The translations under genes and the position numbers were made by a program. The notes beneath the pieces were generated by a model. The model was not told the DNA's origin. It made no database searches and saw only the letters and a program-made list of their open reading frames with translations. Positions 38,613-50,114 of a stretch of DNA of 64,000 nt are shown here, one piece after another; the stretch's first letter is position 1; the number at the start of each line of letters is the position of its first letter. The stretch is from Thermoplasmatota archaeon (GTDB taxonomy: Archaea > Thermoplasmatota > E2 > DHVEG-1): positions 11,654-75,653 of the forward strand of contig JAUXAU010000003.1 in the NCBI GenBank assembly GCA_030619765.1, given 5' to 3'.

Positions 38613-40265
38613 TTACAATCTAAAGATATATCGTAAAATTGGAAACGCATATGGGAATCGTTCAAGAAGTCTCAAAAACAACGGATTAATTAATACTTTG
38701 TTTAAAGGCATTGTGACTTGTAATGTTGACCAACCACTCTCAGCACCATTTGAATCTTTTGCTTTTGCTTCAATGGTAAATGCTCCTTGGTTTGCATAAG
38801 TATGATCAATATCTACATCTACCCCAGTGCCATGAGGACCATCCCAAACTTCAGTTTGACCATCGCCCCATTTTATATAATAATAAACATCGTCACCATC
38901 TGGGTCTACTGAATTAAATGTATATGTGTAAGATGTTCCTGCTTTTCCATTAGTTGTACCATCTATATCTGGCTTCTCAGGAGGGAAATTTGGACTGGTA
39001 AATGGATTACCGACTGGAACAACAGATAATGGTACAAGGTTTGTTTGTGAAGATATCCCTAATGCAGAGCGCAATCCCGCTTCATTAGAAATATCATAAA
39101 TAACATTGGCACTTAGATTTAATGCAGCTGTTTCGAGAAGAACATTATGTATTATTGCACCGTTCTCATAATACCAAAATCTTTGATACTGAGAACTTCC
39201 AATATTAGTATCGAGACATGGTATAATAATAAACGATGCTGTATCAATTATGATATTATTATACTCAACACAGTTTTTTATCTCCTCCCGTTGATCACCT
39301 TGAAGGATTTCAGTGATGGAATGAGTATTATAAAAGTACTGATACACACCACTATGGTTTGCAGCAAAAATCTTGAAAGGATAATACCCAATAGCACTAG
39401 GTAGCGTTCGATGTCTTTTACTATTTACATTATCAATTAAATATGAATATCCATATGAGCTCCAAATTAATTGAGATTGTTCCAGCAGTGATAGAGGAAT
39501 GTCATCCCAAAGATCTATTATCTGTCGATTATTAATGGCATCCTCAAGACTTATTGTATTATCAATAACCGCAGGTAAGTTTGATACTGGAAGTGGGTCA
39601 TAAGTAAAATCATATGGAGAAGAAGGATGTCCAAGCGGCATGATTATTTCAGGTTTTTCATTTGAAGGAATGCCAAGTTCATAAAGATCCTCAACATAAA
39701 GTCCAGTTGTGACTGTACCTAAATCAAGAGCATTAGCATCAAAATAGATGTCCTGCCCTATCATTCCTATGTCCGCCATTCCTCTCAATTCATCTGATTC
39801 AGCATTCATATCCCATACAAGACCAAATTTTATAGGAGATGTGTATTGACCGAGATGCAAATAGTTCCCACTTTTAAACAAAGAGAGAGAATGATTTTCA
39901 GGGACGTATTTATATGTAGCATCACTCCTAATCACATAAATTATAGTTGAATAAGTTCCGTCTGGATTGAAGATCGAGCGATTACCATTTTCCGTGTAGC
40001 CATAAGCAGCCCATAAAATTGTGGATAATTCTTCATCAGTAACTGCCTCTCCAGTAAATGATCTTACAGACATCCTCCGGCAAATAGATTCCTCAAGCAC
40101 CATATCAACGGATATTGGAGGTGGAAGAGGATACTCATCCATAATAAGATTAATATTTTCTATTGCATTTTTGGGCTTTATTTTAGGTAGTTCGCCTGTT
40201 ACTGGTAAAACAGCAGCAAATATCAGTATCGTACATATTAAAATACCAAATATTATCTTCGTCAT
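38613..40265 (-). CDS. Secreted tandem nitroreductase-fold (SagB/ThcOx-like) protein with PKD domain
   Basis: RRMSVRSF..LWAAYG and RQII..IWSSYG..RTLPSA repeats; signal peptide; WGDG. Confidence 0.85.
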   Translation of the reverse strand: MTKIIFGILICTILIFAAVLPVTGELPKIKPKNAIENINLIMDEYPLPPPISVDMVLEESICRRMSVRSFTGEAVTDEELSTILWAAYGYTENGNRSIFNPDGTYSTIIYVIRSDATYKYVPENHSLSLFKSGNYLHLGQYTSPIKFGLVWDMNAESDELRGMADIGMIGQDIYFDANALDLGTVTTGLYVEDLYELGIPSNEKPEIIMPLGHPSSPYDFTYDPLPVSNLPAVIDNTISLEDAINNRQIIDLWDDIPLSLLEQSQLIWSSYGYSYLIDNVNSKRHRTLPSAIGYYPFKIFAANHSGVYQYFYNTHSITEILQGDQREEIKNCVEYNNIIIDTASFIIIPCLDTNIGSSQYQRFWYYENGAIIHNVLLETAALNLSANVIYDISNEAGLRSALGISSQTNLVPLSVVPVGNPFTSPNFPPEKPDIDGTTNGKAGTSYTYTFNSVDPDGDDVYYYIKWGDGQTEVWDGPHGTGVDVDIDHTYANQGAFTIEAKAKDSNGAESGWSTLQVTMPLNKVLINPLFLRLLERFPYAFPILRYIFRL

Positions 40266-40492
40266 TTTTTATTAACCTCTCTTAACAATATAGTAATATC
40301 GCGTTATAATTTAAATATATCTGTCCAACTATAAATATCCCATATTAAACTCTAATCAAAAAATGAAATACGATTCTTTTTCTATCATCACTGTACATTG
40401 AAACCTGCTAGGTATGAAAATTTAACCTAATAAATAACAGCTGATTTATTTCTTTAGTAAATCTTATATGATGTAGATATTTAATCAATACT

Positions 40493-40840
40493 ATGGATGA
40501 GAAAGTTGATGAATATATAAAAAAACAAAAATCCCCGCAAAAGGAGATTTGTCAGAGATTAAGGAAGATTATTCTAAAAACATTTCCTGAAATCAATGAA
40601 GAAATGAGAGTAGGAGTTCCTTGTTATGGTCATACAAAAGAAGATCCTTGTGGAAAATATTACATCGCTGCACTTAAGGACCATGTTAATTTAGGTTTTT
40701 CATTAAAAGGATTATCAAAAAAGGAGCAAGAATTATTTGAAGGTAGTGGAAAAACAATGAAGCATATTAAGGTTTATTCTTTGAAAGAAATGGATGAAAA
40801 AAAGATTATTAAGCTAATTAAATTGGTAAAAGAAAAATAA
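40493..40840 (+). CDS. DUF1801 (YdhG-like) protein
   Basis: VDEYI..LRKII..GVPCY..HVNLGF..GSGKTMKHIK. Confidence 0.85.
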   Translation: MDEKVDEYIKKQKSPQKEICQRLRKIILKTFPEINEEMRVGVPCYGHTKEDPCGKYYIAALKDHVNLGFSLKGLSKKEQELFEGSGKTMKHIKVYSLKEMDEKKIIKLIKLVKEK

Positions 40841-41231
40841 GATCTATCTGCAAGCTGCAATTTTCTCTCTCTTTTTACAGAACCTCTGAAGTTCTAATCA
40901 TTAACAGCTAATTAGAGTAAGAGCCTGCTAGGTATGACATTGATATTCAGCAGGCTCTAATCATAAAATGTAATGCGACTCTTAGCCTCTAATCACTGTA
41001 CTTTAATGAGAATCTTAGTCTCTAATCATTGAACATATTAGATGTTCAAACTCTGATCATAAAATATGATTAGAGTGTTTTTATAAGTTAAATAGAATAA
41101 TACTTTCAGTGATCCTATCAAATTGTTTATTAACGATAACATCGTGGCATTTTATAGAGTTGTTTAGGAAAATGACATTATTTAACAAAGTCCTTATATA
41201 CTATGGTATACATAAGTATACTATGGTAGAC

Positions 41232-41474
41232 ATGAGTACGACCACGATTAAAATTCACAAAGAAACAAAAGCAGAAATAGATCAATTTAGAGAATACAAA
41301 AATGAAAGCTATGATGAGGTTCTGAAAAAACTCATTTATATAGTAAAAAATATCAGAAAGAAACCTGAACTAAGCAAAGAAACTATTAAAGCAATCGAAC
41401 AAGCACGAGAACGTATAAAAAAAGGACACTTTGTGACTGAGGAAGAAGCAAAAAGACGGCTGGGTCTAAGCTGA
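41232..41474 (+). CDS. Antitoxin-like protein (archaeal RelB type)
   Basis: TTIKI..ESYDEVLKKL..G.FVTEEEAKRRLGL. Confidence 0.75.
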   Translation: MSTTTIKIHKETKAEIDQFREYKNESYDEVLKKLIYIVKNIRKKPELSKETIKAIEQARERIKKGHFVTEEEAKRRLGLS

Positions 41475-41497
41475 TGTATGAAATTAAAACTTTATAA
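41474..41497 (+). pseudogene. Possible stub of a RelE-like toxin (MYEIKTL*)
   Basis: The ATG overlaps the antitoxin TGA (TGATG) and the frame stops after 7 codons. Confidence 0.45.
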
Positions 41498-41535
41498 ATA
41501 AAAACACTATTCGTTATTCAAAGGGTGAGGCATTT

Positions 41536-42105
41536 ATGATTGCAGAAAATGGTGAAAAGATCTGGAAAATATTCTTGAGAAAGCATTGGAAAATGCTTGT
41601 TTTATTTGTAGTAGGAGCTATTTTGGCATCGATAGGTGCAGTTCTTGTCTATTTATGGTTCGTAGGAGATGCTCAATTAACTGGTCTTGTACCTGCGACT
41701 TTAGGTCTATGGACAATGGGACATTTCGTGACTTTTTTGTTACATTTGATTTTCTGGGAACTTCTCTTCATCGGAGTCCCAGTAATTTTAGCAGCAGTAG
41801 TAGGTTGGCTATGGTGGAAAAAATTACCTGATGATGAAAAGGAAGAATATAAGCGCGGACATCTTTTCGGCAAACGTTCGCACAGAACAGAAGGAGGAGA
41901 AGGAATATCGTTTTTGATCTTTATTGCGTTCATCATCAAGGTTTACCTTGATGGAAACTGGAATGTTCCTTTTGCAACTTGGACATTTGACTATCTCGTG
42001 TATTCTTGTCTTTGGGCATTAATCTGGGTTTTAATCATCTTCGGAATTCCTATGGCTTTAGGAGGCACCTGGTGGATACGCCATGAGATGAAAAAGAAAT
42101 CCTAG
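41536..42105 (+). CDS. Four-TM membrane protein
   Basis: Hydrophobic segments; GGTGAGG RBS. Confidence 0.8.
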   Translation: MIAENGEKIWKIFLRKHWKMLVLFVVGAILASIGAVLVYLWFVGDAQLTGLVPATLGLWTMGHFVTFLLHLIFWELLFIGVPVILAAVVGWLWWKKLPDDEKEEYKRGHLFGKRSHRTEGGEGISFLIFIAFIIKVYLDGNWNVPFATWTFDYLVYSCLWALIWVLIIFGIPMALGGTWWIRHEMKKKS

Positions 42106-42286
42106 AAACAAAACCTGCTAGGTCTGATAATTATTCTTAACAAACTCCAATCATAAAACATAATAAGAATCTTACCCTCTAATCACTGTACATATTAGAT
42201 TTTCTTAGACTCTAATCATAAAATACGATTAGAGTTTTAAACTCTAATCAAAGAATATAATTACAATTTAAAGGATAGTAAGTCGT

Positions 42287-42619
42287 CTAACGGACAATAG
42301 CTTCTACTTTCTGTGTAAAATATTTTTCAGTTTCCAGATAGAGTAACGTATCATATAATTTAATTAATTTTTCCACTGCTGGATTTTCTTCATTTAATTT
42401 AAACAACTTAGCCCTTCCAATTTCTCTTGTTGGAATGACTATATTCAATCGTAATAAATTGTCCCAAATTCTATGTAAGGTCGTCCATCCTATATTTGCA
42501 TTTTCTGCTATATCTGTTAACGAGTAATCTAATCCTCTCCCTTCGATTAAAAAGTCAAGAACTCTAATTACAGGAGAATTTCCTAATGCTTCTCTAAATA
42601 TAGTTGTTTCTTTCATCAT
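42287..42619 (-). CDS. Winged-helix protein
   Basis: YSLTDIAENANIGWTTLHRIW..IGRAKLFKLN. Confidence 0.8.
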   Translation of the reverse strand: MMKETTIFREALGNSPVIRVLDFLIEGRGLDYSLTDIAENANIGWTTLHRIWDNLLRLNIVIPTREIGRAKLFKLNEENPAVEKLIKLYDTLLYLETEKYFTQKVEAIVR

Positions 42620-42727
42620 ATAATACTATATCCTACCCACTATATAAAACTTTCTAATTTGGTATATTGACATACCGTAATATTAGATAACATTTATATG
42701 TTTCTATGATTTAACCTTAAAAGGATA

Positions 42728-42997
42728 ATGGAAAAAAGAGCAATTCAAGAAAAAACTTTAAGAAAATTAATGGCAATGAAACCCCCAAAATGGGGAAGTT
42801 CTCATACTGAAGAAACAAATTTAGTAAAAGGTTTACCATCACATTTAAGAGGGGCGAAAATTGTCGAAAAAGCTGTAAAAGAATTATATCAAAAAGAATT
42901 TCTCATAAAACCAAAAAAAACTGGTGAATGGCACGTTTCCTTAAACCCTCAAAAGAGAAAAGAGATATACAGATTCTTAGGATTACCACCAAAATGA
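42728..42997 (+). CDS. Small basic hypothetical protein
   Basis: ORF divergent from the wHTH gene. Confidence 0.7.
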   Translation: MEKRAIQEKTLRKLMAMKPPKWGSSHTEETNLVKGLPSHLRGAKIVEKAVKELYQKEFLIKPKKTGEWHVSLNPQKRKEIYRFLGLPPK

Positions 42998-43113
42998 CAA
43001 TAGTAAATTACTACTTCAACAATCATCATAAAATGTAATTATAGTTAGTCATTTTCTCCTATAAACTTGCGGATTAATCTCTAATCACTGTATCTTGATT
43101 AGAGGAAGGATTA

Positions 43114-44100
43114 TCAAAAGAATTTCCAGACCATTAATTCCTTTGTTGCATCTGAAGCATAGTTCCTATGGGCAATTATTTCTAGTTTATGACGAAATCT
43201 TAAAGGAGTTTTTTCATTCCAATGATAAATATAAGGTTCTGTAGTAAAATTATATTTAGAAATGCCATCGATTAATATTTCAACATGATCAATTGGAATA
43301 CCAGAATTTAATGTAACATCAATTTCTAGATCAACAGGTCCAATTATAATTGGAAAATAAAAAGGAATTATCATTTCATTTTTGTAATAAATTCCATTTT
43401 TCGGCTTTAATATATCAACAATAAGCTCTTTATCAAGTGAAAAATTTATGCATATAGTTTCAAAATCACCTATTTCGTACTGATATGAATACTTACCAAT
43501 ATAACCCCATTTTTCAACAGAAACATCAAAATGTCCAGCACCAAGATTCATAGTATAAAAACCATTTTTATCAGATGTAGTGCCATTATAGGTTAACTGA
43601 CTATGAATATCCCACCAGTGAAGAACAAGGCTTGCATTAAAAATAGGTTTACCTGTAAAATTATCGAATACATATCCACAGACTTTTGATGTTTCAGGTT
43701 GAAAAGGATACATTGACATATTTACCCAAACAGTCTCATTTTCTCCGATGTCAATATTTCCTTTCCAATAGAAATGATAACCACTTGCATGCGCCCCATA
43801 TTCATGACAGTGACCTGCTGCAACATTTTCAATGATATAAAAACCAGTCTCATTTGACCATGTTTCATAATCGTAATGGTTACCTTGATCATCGTCAATA
43901 AAAAAACTAATAATGGCTCCTTCAATAGGTTCACCTGTTTCAAAATCAGTTGTAAACCCACAAATCGTTGAATTTTCAGAAAATATTAGCTTATTGGATT
44001 TCTTTGCAATTGTTCCAAAAGATTGGATAACGCTCATAAAGATAAACAAAATAATTAAAGCAGAGACAATTCCCTTTCGATATAGAATTGATTTTTCCAT
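43114..44100 (-). CDS. Secreted protein with two carboxypeptidase-regulatory-like beta-sandwiches and an Ig-like C-terminus
   Basis: G.V.D..TG.PI..A repeats. Confidence 0.8.
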   Translation of the reverse strand: MEKSILYRKGIVSALIILFIFMSVIQSFGTIAKKSNKLIFSENSTICGFTTDFETGEPIEGAIISFFIDDDQGNHYDYETWSNETGFYIIENVAAGHCHEYGAHASGYHFYWKGNIDIGENETVWVNMSMYPFQPETSKVCGYVFDNFTGKPIFNASLVLHWWDIHSQLTYNGTTSDKNGFYTMNLGAGHFDVSVEKWGYIGKYSYQYEIGDFETICINFSLDKELIVDILKPKNGIYYKNEMIIPFYFPIIIGPVDLEIDVTLNSGIPIDHVEILIDGISKYNFTTEPYIYHWNEKTPLRFRHKLEIIAHRNYASDATKELMVWKFF

Positions 44101-44325
44101 TTAATTCCTCCCTATTTAATAAATTTAAAGGTTATTCTATATTTAAATCTTTGTTGAAAAGAACCTAATCAAAAAACATAATGCGACTCTTACTCTCTAA
44201 TCACTGTACATATATAGAGGTTCAAACTCTAATCATAAAAGATGATGCGAGTCTCAGGCTCTTATTACCGTACGTATAAACCTGCTAGGTATGATAATTT
44301 TAATTAACAAATATAAACAATAGTT

Positions 44326-46170
44326 TTAATTTGAAATCATATATGTTACAACGATTTCAAGATTAAAAGTATTTGAAGAATCCTTAATTGAAATTATATT
44401 AGCTCCAAAAACTGGATAGAAATTACCACATTTTACAAGTTCAATTTCAACATTTGCATTACAACCAATCTTATTAGTAAAACCAGCGGTATCATATCTC
44501 AAATTAATTTTACCCGACTGATCATGCATATTTGTACAACGATATTCATCAACAACTTTGTTATCAATTATGATTTTAGCAGAAAAAGTATCACCCGTGT
44601 TTTCAAATCTTCTTAAACGTCTGATATCAGGTTCATCAGCCCAACTAAGATTAAGAACAATCTGATCAATATAAGATATATTGGAAAGAGATATATCATA
44701 TGAAACAGATTCTGCCTCATCCAGTTCTCCGTTAAATGAAAAACTTTTATTTAGAGATATCCAAATTTTTTCATCTATAATGTTATCTTCAAAGCCTTCT
44801 TCAGATAAAACTCCTCGATAAATCGGATCAGGTCCAAATGAAAAACCAATAATTAGAATAACAGGGATCATAAGAATTGGAATGTTTGCAGAAACTTTAG
44901 AAATAAAAGGATATCTATTAAACGCTTTGGAAAAACCTTTATCTTTAGATTTTATTTTATTCTTCTTATTATAATGGCGGTCATAATGAATGAATGCTGA
45001 AGCAGAAACCAAACCGATAGATGCAACGATTGCCCAAAACAGCCTGCCCATAGCCATATTCTCACCAATATAATAATAAAGAAATCCTCCAATTATTGGT
45101 GCAGATGAACCTGCAATTGCCAAAGGAATAAAAGAATAACCCATGTAAATCGAACGTTTTTCTTTAGGAGGAATTTTTGAAACATAACTAAGAAAAGCTG
45201 GATAAGAAACCAACTCGCCAAAGGATAAAATAATAATGCCAACAATAAATAATATAGGGTTCATAGAAAAACCTGCAATGATAAAGCCAAGAGAGACAAT
45301 AATAACACCAGCAATGAGCATTTTCAATGAATCGATATTACGATCTTTAATGATATAACCCCAAACTTGACCTAACGTGATAATAGTTCCTGGGTTAAGT
45401 GCTGCTAATACTGGTATGAACCAAGCAGGTAAAATTCTAAAATCAACCATAAATATAGGCATAAATGGTTTACGCATGTATAGCATGAACCAGCATCCAG
45501 AAAAAATGATTAATACATAGGCAAACTTAGGATCTTTAAAAAGAACTTTTAGGTTTTTAACAGCTTTAAGTGCAGGAATTGATGGATCAGGTTCTATCGG
45601 GTTTTTATATGATACGAAAATGATGAGAAAACTACAGATGATAAACAACGCCATTAAGAAAAATACACTACCATAATTTGCAGGAACAAATAAAAATGTG
45701 AGGCTAAGAGGAATGAAAAAAGCACCAAAGTTAATCACCCAATAATATATGTTAAACGCATAATCACGGTTTTTTTCATCTGATGAATGAGAAATTGATG
45801 CAGCAATAAGAGCTTTTTCAAATCCAGAACCTGTACTCATTATAATAACTGCTAAAAAAATCAATGCAAGTGAATAACCAAAACCTAAGACGATATAGCC
45901 TACAGCTAGAGTTGTATAGGAAAATAAAAGAAGTTTTTTGAAACCATATTTGCTTGCTAAAGCTGTAGAAATCAAAGGTAAAAAATTTATCATTCCCATA
46001 GAAATTCCAGTTAGTATTCCCACCATCCAACTTTCTATTCCAACATTATAGATTAGATGATATGAAAAAACAGCTAACATGCCATAATATGCACCTCTTT
46101 CAAAAAGGTTAGAAGCATTTACCGCCCAGAATTCTCTTGGTAGTTTTGTTTTTTTACCCATAGATTTCAC
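44326..46170 (-). CDS. MFS transporter (POT/peptide-like) with C-terminal extracellular domain
   Basis: FERGAYYG, FNIYYWVINFGA. Confidence 0.85.
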   Translation of the reverse strand: MKSMGKKTKLPREFWAVNASNLFERGAYYGMLAVFSYHLIYNVGIESWMVGILTGISMGMINFLPLISTALASKYGFKKLLLFSYTTLAVGYIVLGFGYSLALIFLAVIIMSTGSGFEKALIAASISHSSDEKNRDYAFNIYYWVINFGAFFIPLSLTFLFVPANYGSVFFLMALFIICSFLIIFVSYKNPIEPDPSIPALKAVKNLKVLFKDPKFAYVLIIFSGCWFMLYMRKPFMPIFMVDFRILPAWFIPVLAALNPGTIITLGQVWGYIIKDRNIDSLKMLIAGVIIVSLGFIIAGFSMNPILFIVGIIILSFGELVSYPAFLSYVSKIPPKEKRSIYMGYSFIPLAIAGSSAPIIGGFLYYYIGENMAMGRLFWAIVASIGLVSASAFIHYDRHYNKKNKIKSKDKGFSKAFNRYPFISKVSANIPILMIPVILIIGFSFGPDPIYRGVLSEEGFEDNIIDEKIWISLNKSFSFNGELDEAESVSYDISLSNISYIDQIVLNLSWADEPDIRRLRRFENTGDTFSAKIIIDNKVVDEYRCTNMHDQSGKINLRYDTAGFTNKIGCNANVEIELVKCGNFYPVFGANIISIKDSSNTFNLEIVVTYMISN

Positions 46171-46425
46171 GTCATATCAAAACACTAAAAAAAGATGCAA
46201 ATCTTTATGCATCCCCTTCAGGTGCTAATAATATTATAATTTAATACATTATATATACTTATAATAATATAATAATATAAAAAACCTGCTAGGTATGATA
46301 ATTTTATCTGATAGACCCTAATCATAAATTCAGCTCATTAGGAGCAGAATCTCCAATCATAAAACGTAACGCAACTCTCAACCTCCAATCACTGTACATT
46401 GATTAAAACCTACTAGGTTTGATAA

Positions 46426-47241
46426 TTAACTAATAGCCCTCTTTACTCTTTCAATAGTTTTATTGATAAAATCCTTATCTTCAATAATTAACTCAATTGC
46501 ATTATTTGGACAAATTTCAACACAACGACCACAAGCAAGGCAACTATCACTTTTTACTGCAATACCATCTTTAATTTTTATTGCATCTATAAAACAAACA
46601 CCTTCTGTACAAGCACCACAACCAGTACAATTTTCATTTACTTTTATTTTGACACCAGGCATCTTTTTAACAGTTGAAGAAAGCGTATCATCCAAATACG
46701 GAAGCATTCTATAAAGGCAACAACAGTTACAACAATTACAAACAGTAATTAACGGAATCTTTGAGCCTACTCCAAGCCAGGTCTCATCAAGTTTATCTCT
46801 ACCGATGAGATGAACCAAACCTTCCTTGCGGCATTTTTCAACATGGGCAAGGGCTTCCTTTTTAGAAGCAGGTTTACCAAGCTTGGGAGGAATTTTTTTT
46901 GCTGCTTCACCCATAAAAAGACATCCAAGGGAAGCAGAATAGTTTTTACATTTCATTGCTTCACGACATAAACAAAAATTCATGATGAAACGGTAACTAG
47001 ATTTTTCAATGAAATATTCAACAACTTTCGAAGGAACTACAATGTTATCTGGTGGTTCAATTTTTTTGTTAAGCTGTATTTCAACAACATTGTCTTTTAT
47101 TAGATATGTAAGATTGCTTTTATCAAAAAGCATTTTGGTAATAATTTTTCTAACAATAGGAATATGGGTTAATTTTGCTATTTTAAATCGATGAGGAAAA
47201 ACTTTTTCTATAAGTCTAACAAATCTTTTAGAAGGCTCCAT
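46426..47241 (-). CDS. 4Fe-4S dicluster domain protein
   Basis: CTGCGAC..C, CLACGRCVEICP, CNCCNCCC. Confidence 0.88.
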   Translation of the reverse strand: MEPSKRFVRLIEKVFPHRFKIAKLTHIPIVRKIITKMLFDKSNLTYLIKDNVVEIQLNKKIEPPDNIVVPSKVVEYFIEKSSYRFIMNFCLCREAMKCKNYSASLGCLFMGEAAKKIPPKLGKPASKKEALAHVEKCRKEGLVHLIGRDKLDETWLGVGSKIPLITVCNCCNCCCLYRMLPYLDDTLSSTVKKMPGVKIKVNENCTGCGACTEGVCFIDAIKIKDGIAVKSDSCLACGRCVEICPNNAIELIIEDKDFINKTIERVKRAIS

Positions 47242-47452
47242 GATAGGGTGAAGAAGACAAAATCACTTGATAAATATTATTGTTAGTTTTTATCACAATG
47301 AAAATGTAAGATTCAAGTTAGGTATATTTATTAAAAGTAACCTGCCAGGTATGACAATTGTCATCTGAAACTCTAATCATAAAATATAATACGACCCTTA
47401 GTCTCTAATCATCACAAATGACTAGAAAATGAACACAACTAACACCACTACA

Positions 47453-48343
47453 TTACTTTGTCTTATACAACATCATATACGTACCATCATCAAGCTCTAT
47501 AACTGAAGGATCAGCAGTCAACAAGTTTATACTAGATTCAAACCTGTAAGATGTTTTAGTAAAACTTGCACCATCAGATGAAGTAGAAATATCAATCCCA
47601 GCGGTATAAAGATAATACACCCCATCTTTGTAAAAAACATCAGGAACTGCACCGCCAGTATAAGCAACACCCTCTTCAACAAAATTCAAACCATCGGAAG
47701 AAGTAGCAGAAATAACTCTGTTACCTTCAAGATCCCCAACATACATACGATACATACTATCAACCTCGATAACATCAGGATCAAACACACCTTCTTTAGA
47801 AAAACAAACACCCTCCTCAACAAAGTTCACACCATCGGACGAAATCGCAGAATAAATCTTGTTTTCCGATTCAGAACCCATAGAAGATCGTTCTTCATCA
47901 ATATCAAAATAATAGAGCCTAATACCATCGTCCAAGAGAAACGGTGCAGGATCAACTGGTACCTTATCACCAACACCATCAACATCAATATATTCCTTTT
48001 CAGACCACGTTTGACCATTATCATTAGAACTAATCATACCAATACGTTCAGCTATCCCATCAACAGAAACATCCACAAAATACACATAAATCACACCATC
48101 CTTATAGATAGCACCAGGAACCGATGCATGTATTGCTAACACAGTCTCAGAATCAGTCCAATTAAACAGATCGCTGCTCGTAGCAAAAGAGACTTTATCA
48201 TTGTAAGGTCCTTCATTCATGGTAGACCAATCATATTCCTGTGCTGGTTTCCCATTGATATCTTCATCAATATCTTCTTCTATACATCCACTATACAAAA
48301 CCACCATAAACAACAGACCAACAATCACCAGAGTTCTCTTCAT
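47453..48343 (-). CDS. Lipoprotein with beta-propeller (glycoside hydrolase 32/43-like) repeats
   Basis: Lipobox LYSGC; repeated DP and S.DG..F motifs. Confidence 0.7.
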   Translation of the reverse strand: MKRTLVIVGLLFMVVLYSGCIEEDIDEDINGKPAQEYDWSTMNEGPYNDKVSFATSSDLFNWTDSETVLAIHASVPGAIYKDGVIYVYFVDVSVDGIAERIGMISSNDNGQTWSEKEYIDVDGVGDKVPVDPAPFLLDDGIRLYYFDIDEERSSMGSESENKIYSAISSDGVNFVEEGVCFSKEGVFDPDVIEVDSMYRMYVGDLEGNRVISATSSDGLNFVEEGVAYTGGAVPDVFYKDGVYYLYTAGIDISTSSDGASFTKTSYRFESSINLLTADPSVIELDDGTYMMLYKTK

Positions 48344-48522
48344 CTCTCAACACTCACCTTGATAAAAACACTATTTGCGTTTCATTAATAAATATTGTTG
48401 CAAATAATCTCTAATCACTGTACACTTGATTATAAAAAACTTGCAATTACTATAGTATAATGTTCATCGCATGTAAAACAATAAATAAAGCTTAATTAAG
48501 AAACCTTACATAAGGAAACGAA

Positions 48523-49194
48523 ATGATACTTGAAATATTCCTAATTATTATAATTGGATTATTTGTTTCATACTTTATTTTTCTGAGGATAATTCGGAAG
48601 TTTATTCCTTCCCCTGCACCAGCATTCATCGGTCGAATTCTTGATAGCAATCTTAGAAGAAAAATGCAATCACCTGAGAAAGTGATACAGCGCAGTGGTA
48701 TACAAAAAGGAATGCAAGTATTAGAAGTCGGCTGTGGAAGTGGGGCAATTACCACTTTTGTTGCACGAGCTGTCGGAAACAAAGGAAATGTATATGCTCT
48801 TGACATTCAACCAGAAATGCTACAGCAGTTAGAAAATAAACTCTCTTGGCCAGAAAACAAGGATATCACTAATATTAAACTGATAGAAAGTAGTGCTTAT
48901 GATCTACCATTTGATGACAACTCTCTTGACCTTGTCTATATGGTAACGGTATTTGGGGAGATTCCTGATCATGATAAGGCATTAAAAGAAATAAAGAGAG
49001 TTTTAAAACCCGGTGGAATTCTTGCGATAACAGAGTTGTTTCTTGACCCTGACTATCTGTTAAAATCCACGGTTACGAAAAAAGGAGGGGAGGCAGGATT
49101 TATCCTTGATGAGATATCGGGAAATTTCTGGCATTATACTATTAGACTTAAAAAAATGCATAATAAAAAAACTAATCATAAAAACGGTCCATGA
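48523..49194 (+). CDS. Class I SAM-dependent methyltransferase
   Basis: VLEVGCGSG, LKPGG. Confidence 0.9.
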   Translation: MILEIFLIIIIGLFVSYFIFLRIIRKFIPSPAPAFIGRILDSNLRRKMQSPEKVIQRSGIQKGMQVLEVGCGSGAITTFVARAVGNKGNVYALDIQPEMLQQLENKLSWPENKDITNIKLIESSAYDLPFDDNSLDLVYMVTVFGEIPDHDKALKEIKRVLKPGGILAITELFLDPDYLLKSTVTKKGGEAGFILDEISGNFWHYTIRLKKMHNKKTNHKNGP

Positions 49195-49382
49195 GGAGTA
49201 GAAATTCTATTCATAAAATGTAATGCGACTTTTAGTCTCTAATCATTGTACATTGATTAAAACCTGCTAGGTATGACATTGTTATCCAAAAAAACAAACT
49301 AGAAAATTCTAATAATGTTGTTCATATTCTGAATCATTAATTTGTCCAAAATAGGTCTAATTCTTTTGTGAGGGCTTAGGTA

Positions 49383-50114
49383 ATGGATAAGAAAATTTCT
49401 GAACTTAAAAAAATTGTAGCAACTTCAGACCAAATTGTTGCATTCACTGGTGCAGGGTTCTCAGCTGAAAGCGGTATTTCTACCTTTCGTGGTACTGGTG
49501 GTCTTTGGTCAAAGTATGATCCTAACATTTATGCGAATATCAATATCTTCATGCAGGATTCAACATATTACTGGAATTTTTTTAGAGATGAAAGGTATCC
49601 AGTAATTAAGAAAGCTAAACCCAATGATGGTCATTATGCGTTGGTTGAGCTGGAGAAGCGTGGGAAGATCTACCGTGTAATAACTCAAAATATCGACGGA
49701 TTGCACCAGGAGGCAGGGCAATCTGATGTAATTGAACTTCATGGGAGTACCAGGAAGACTAATTGTTTGAGTTGCGGCAAGACTTATACTATAGATGAGA
49801 CCTACAAATTATTGCAAAAAGAGCTGCCTCCAAAATGTTCATGTGGGGGAAATCTAAAACCAGGTACTGTACTTTTTGGAGAGCCTTTACCTCAAGTTGC
49901 ACTTGATATGGCATCACTTGCCTCTAAGAACTGTGATTTATTTCTAGTATTAGGTAGTTCACTTGTTGTGTATCCTGCAGCTTCTATGCCGATGATTGCT
50001 AAGAAAAGTGGAGCTGCTTTGGTTATTGTAAATATTGACCCAACTCCAATGGATGACATTGCTGATTTAATCTTTCGTGAGAGTGCTTCAAAGGTTTTGT
50101 CTAAGTTGATATGA
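49383..50114 (+). CDS. cobB: Sir2-family NAD-dependent deacylase
   Basis: FTGAGFSAESGISTFRG, TQNIDGLH, HGS, Zn-binding cysteines. Confidence 0.93.
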   Translation: MDKKISELKKIVATSDQIVAFTGAGFSAESGISTFRGTGGLWSKYDPNIYANINIFMQDSTYYWNFFRDERYPVIKKAKPNDGHYALVELEKRGKIYRVITQNIDGLHQEAGQSDVIELHGSTRKTNCLSCGKTYTIDETYKLLQKELPPKCSCGGNLKPGTVLFGEPLPQVALDMASLASKNCDLFLVLGSSLVVYPAASMPMIAKKSGAALVIVNIDPTPMDDIADLIFRESASKVLSKLI

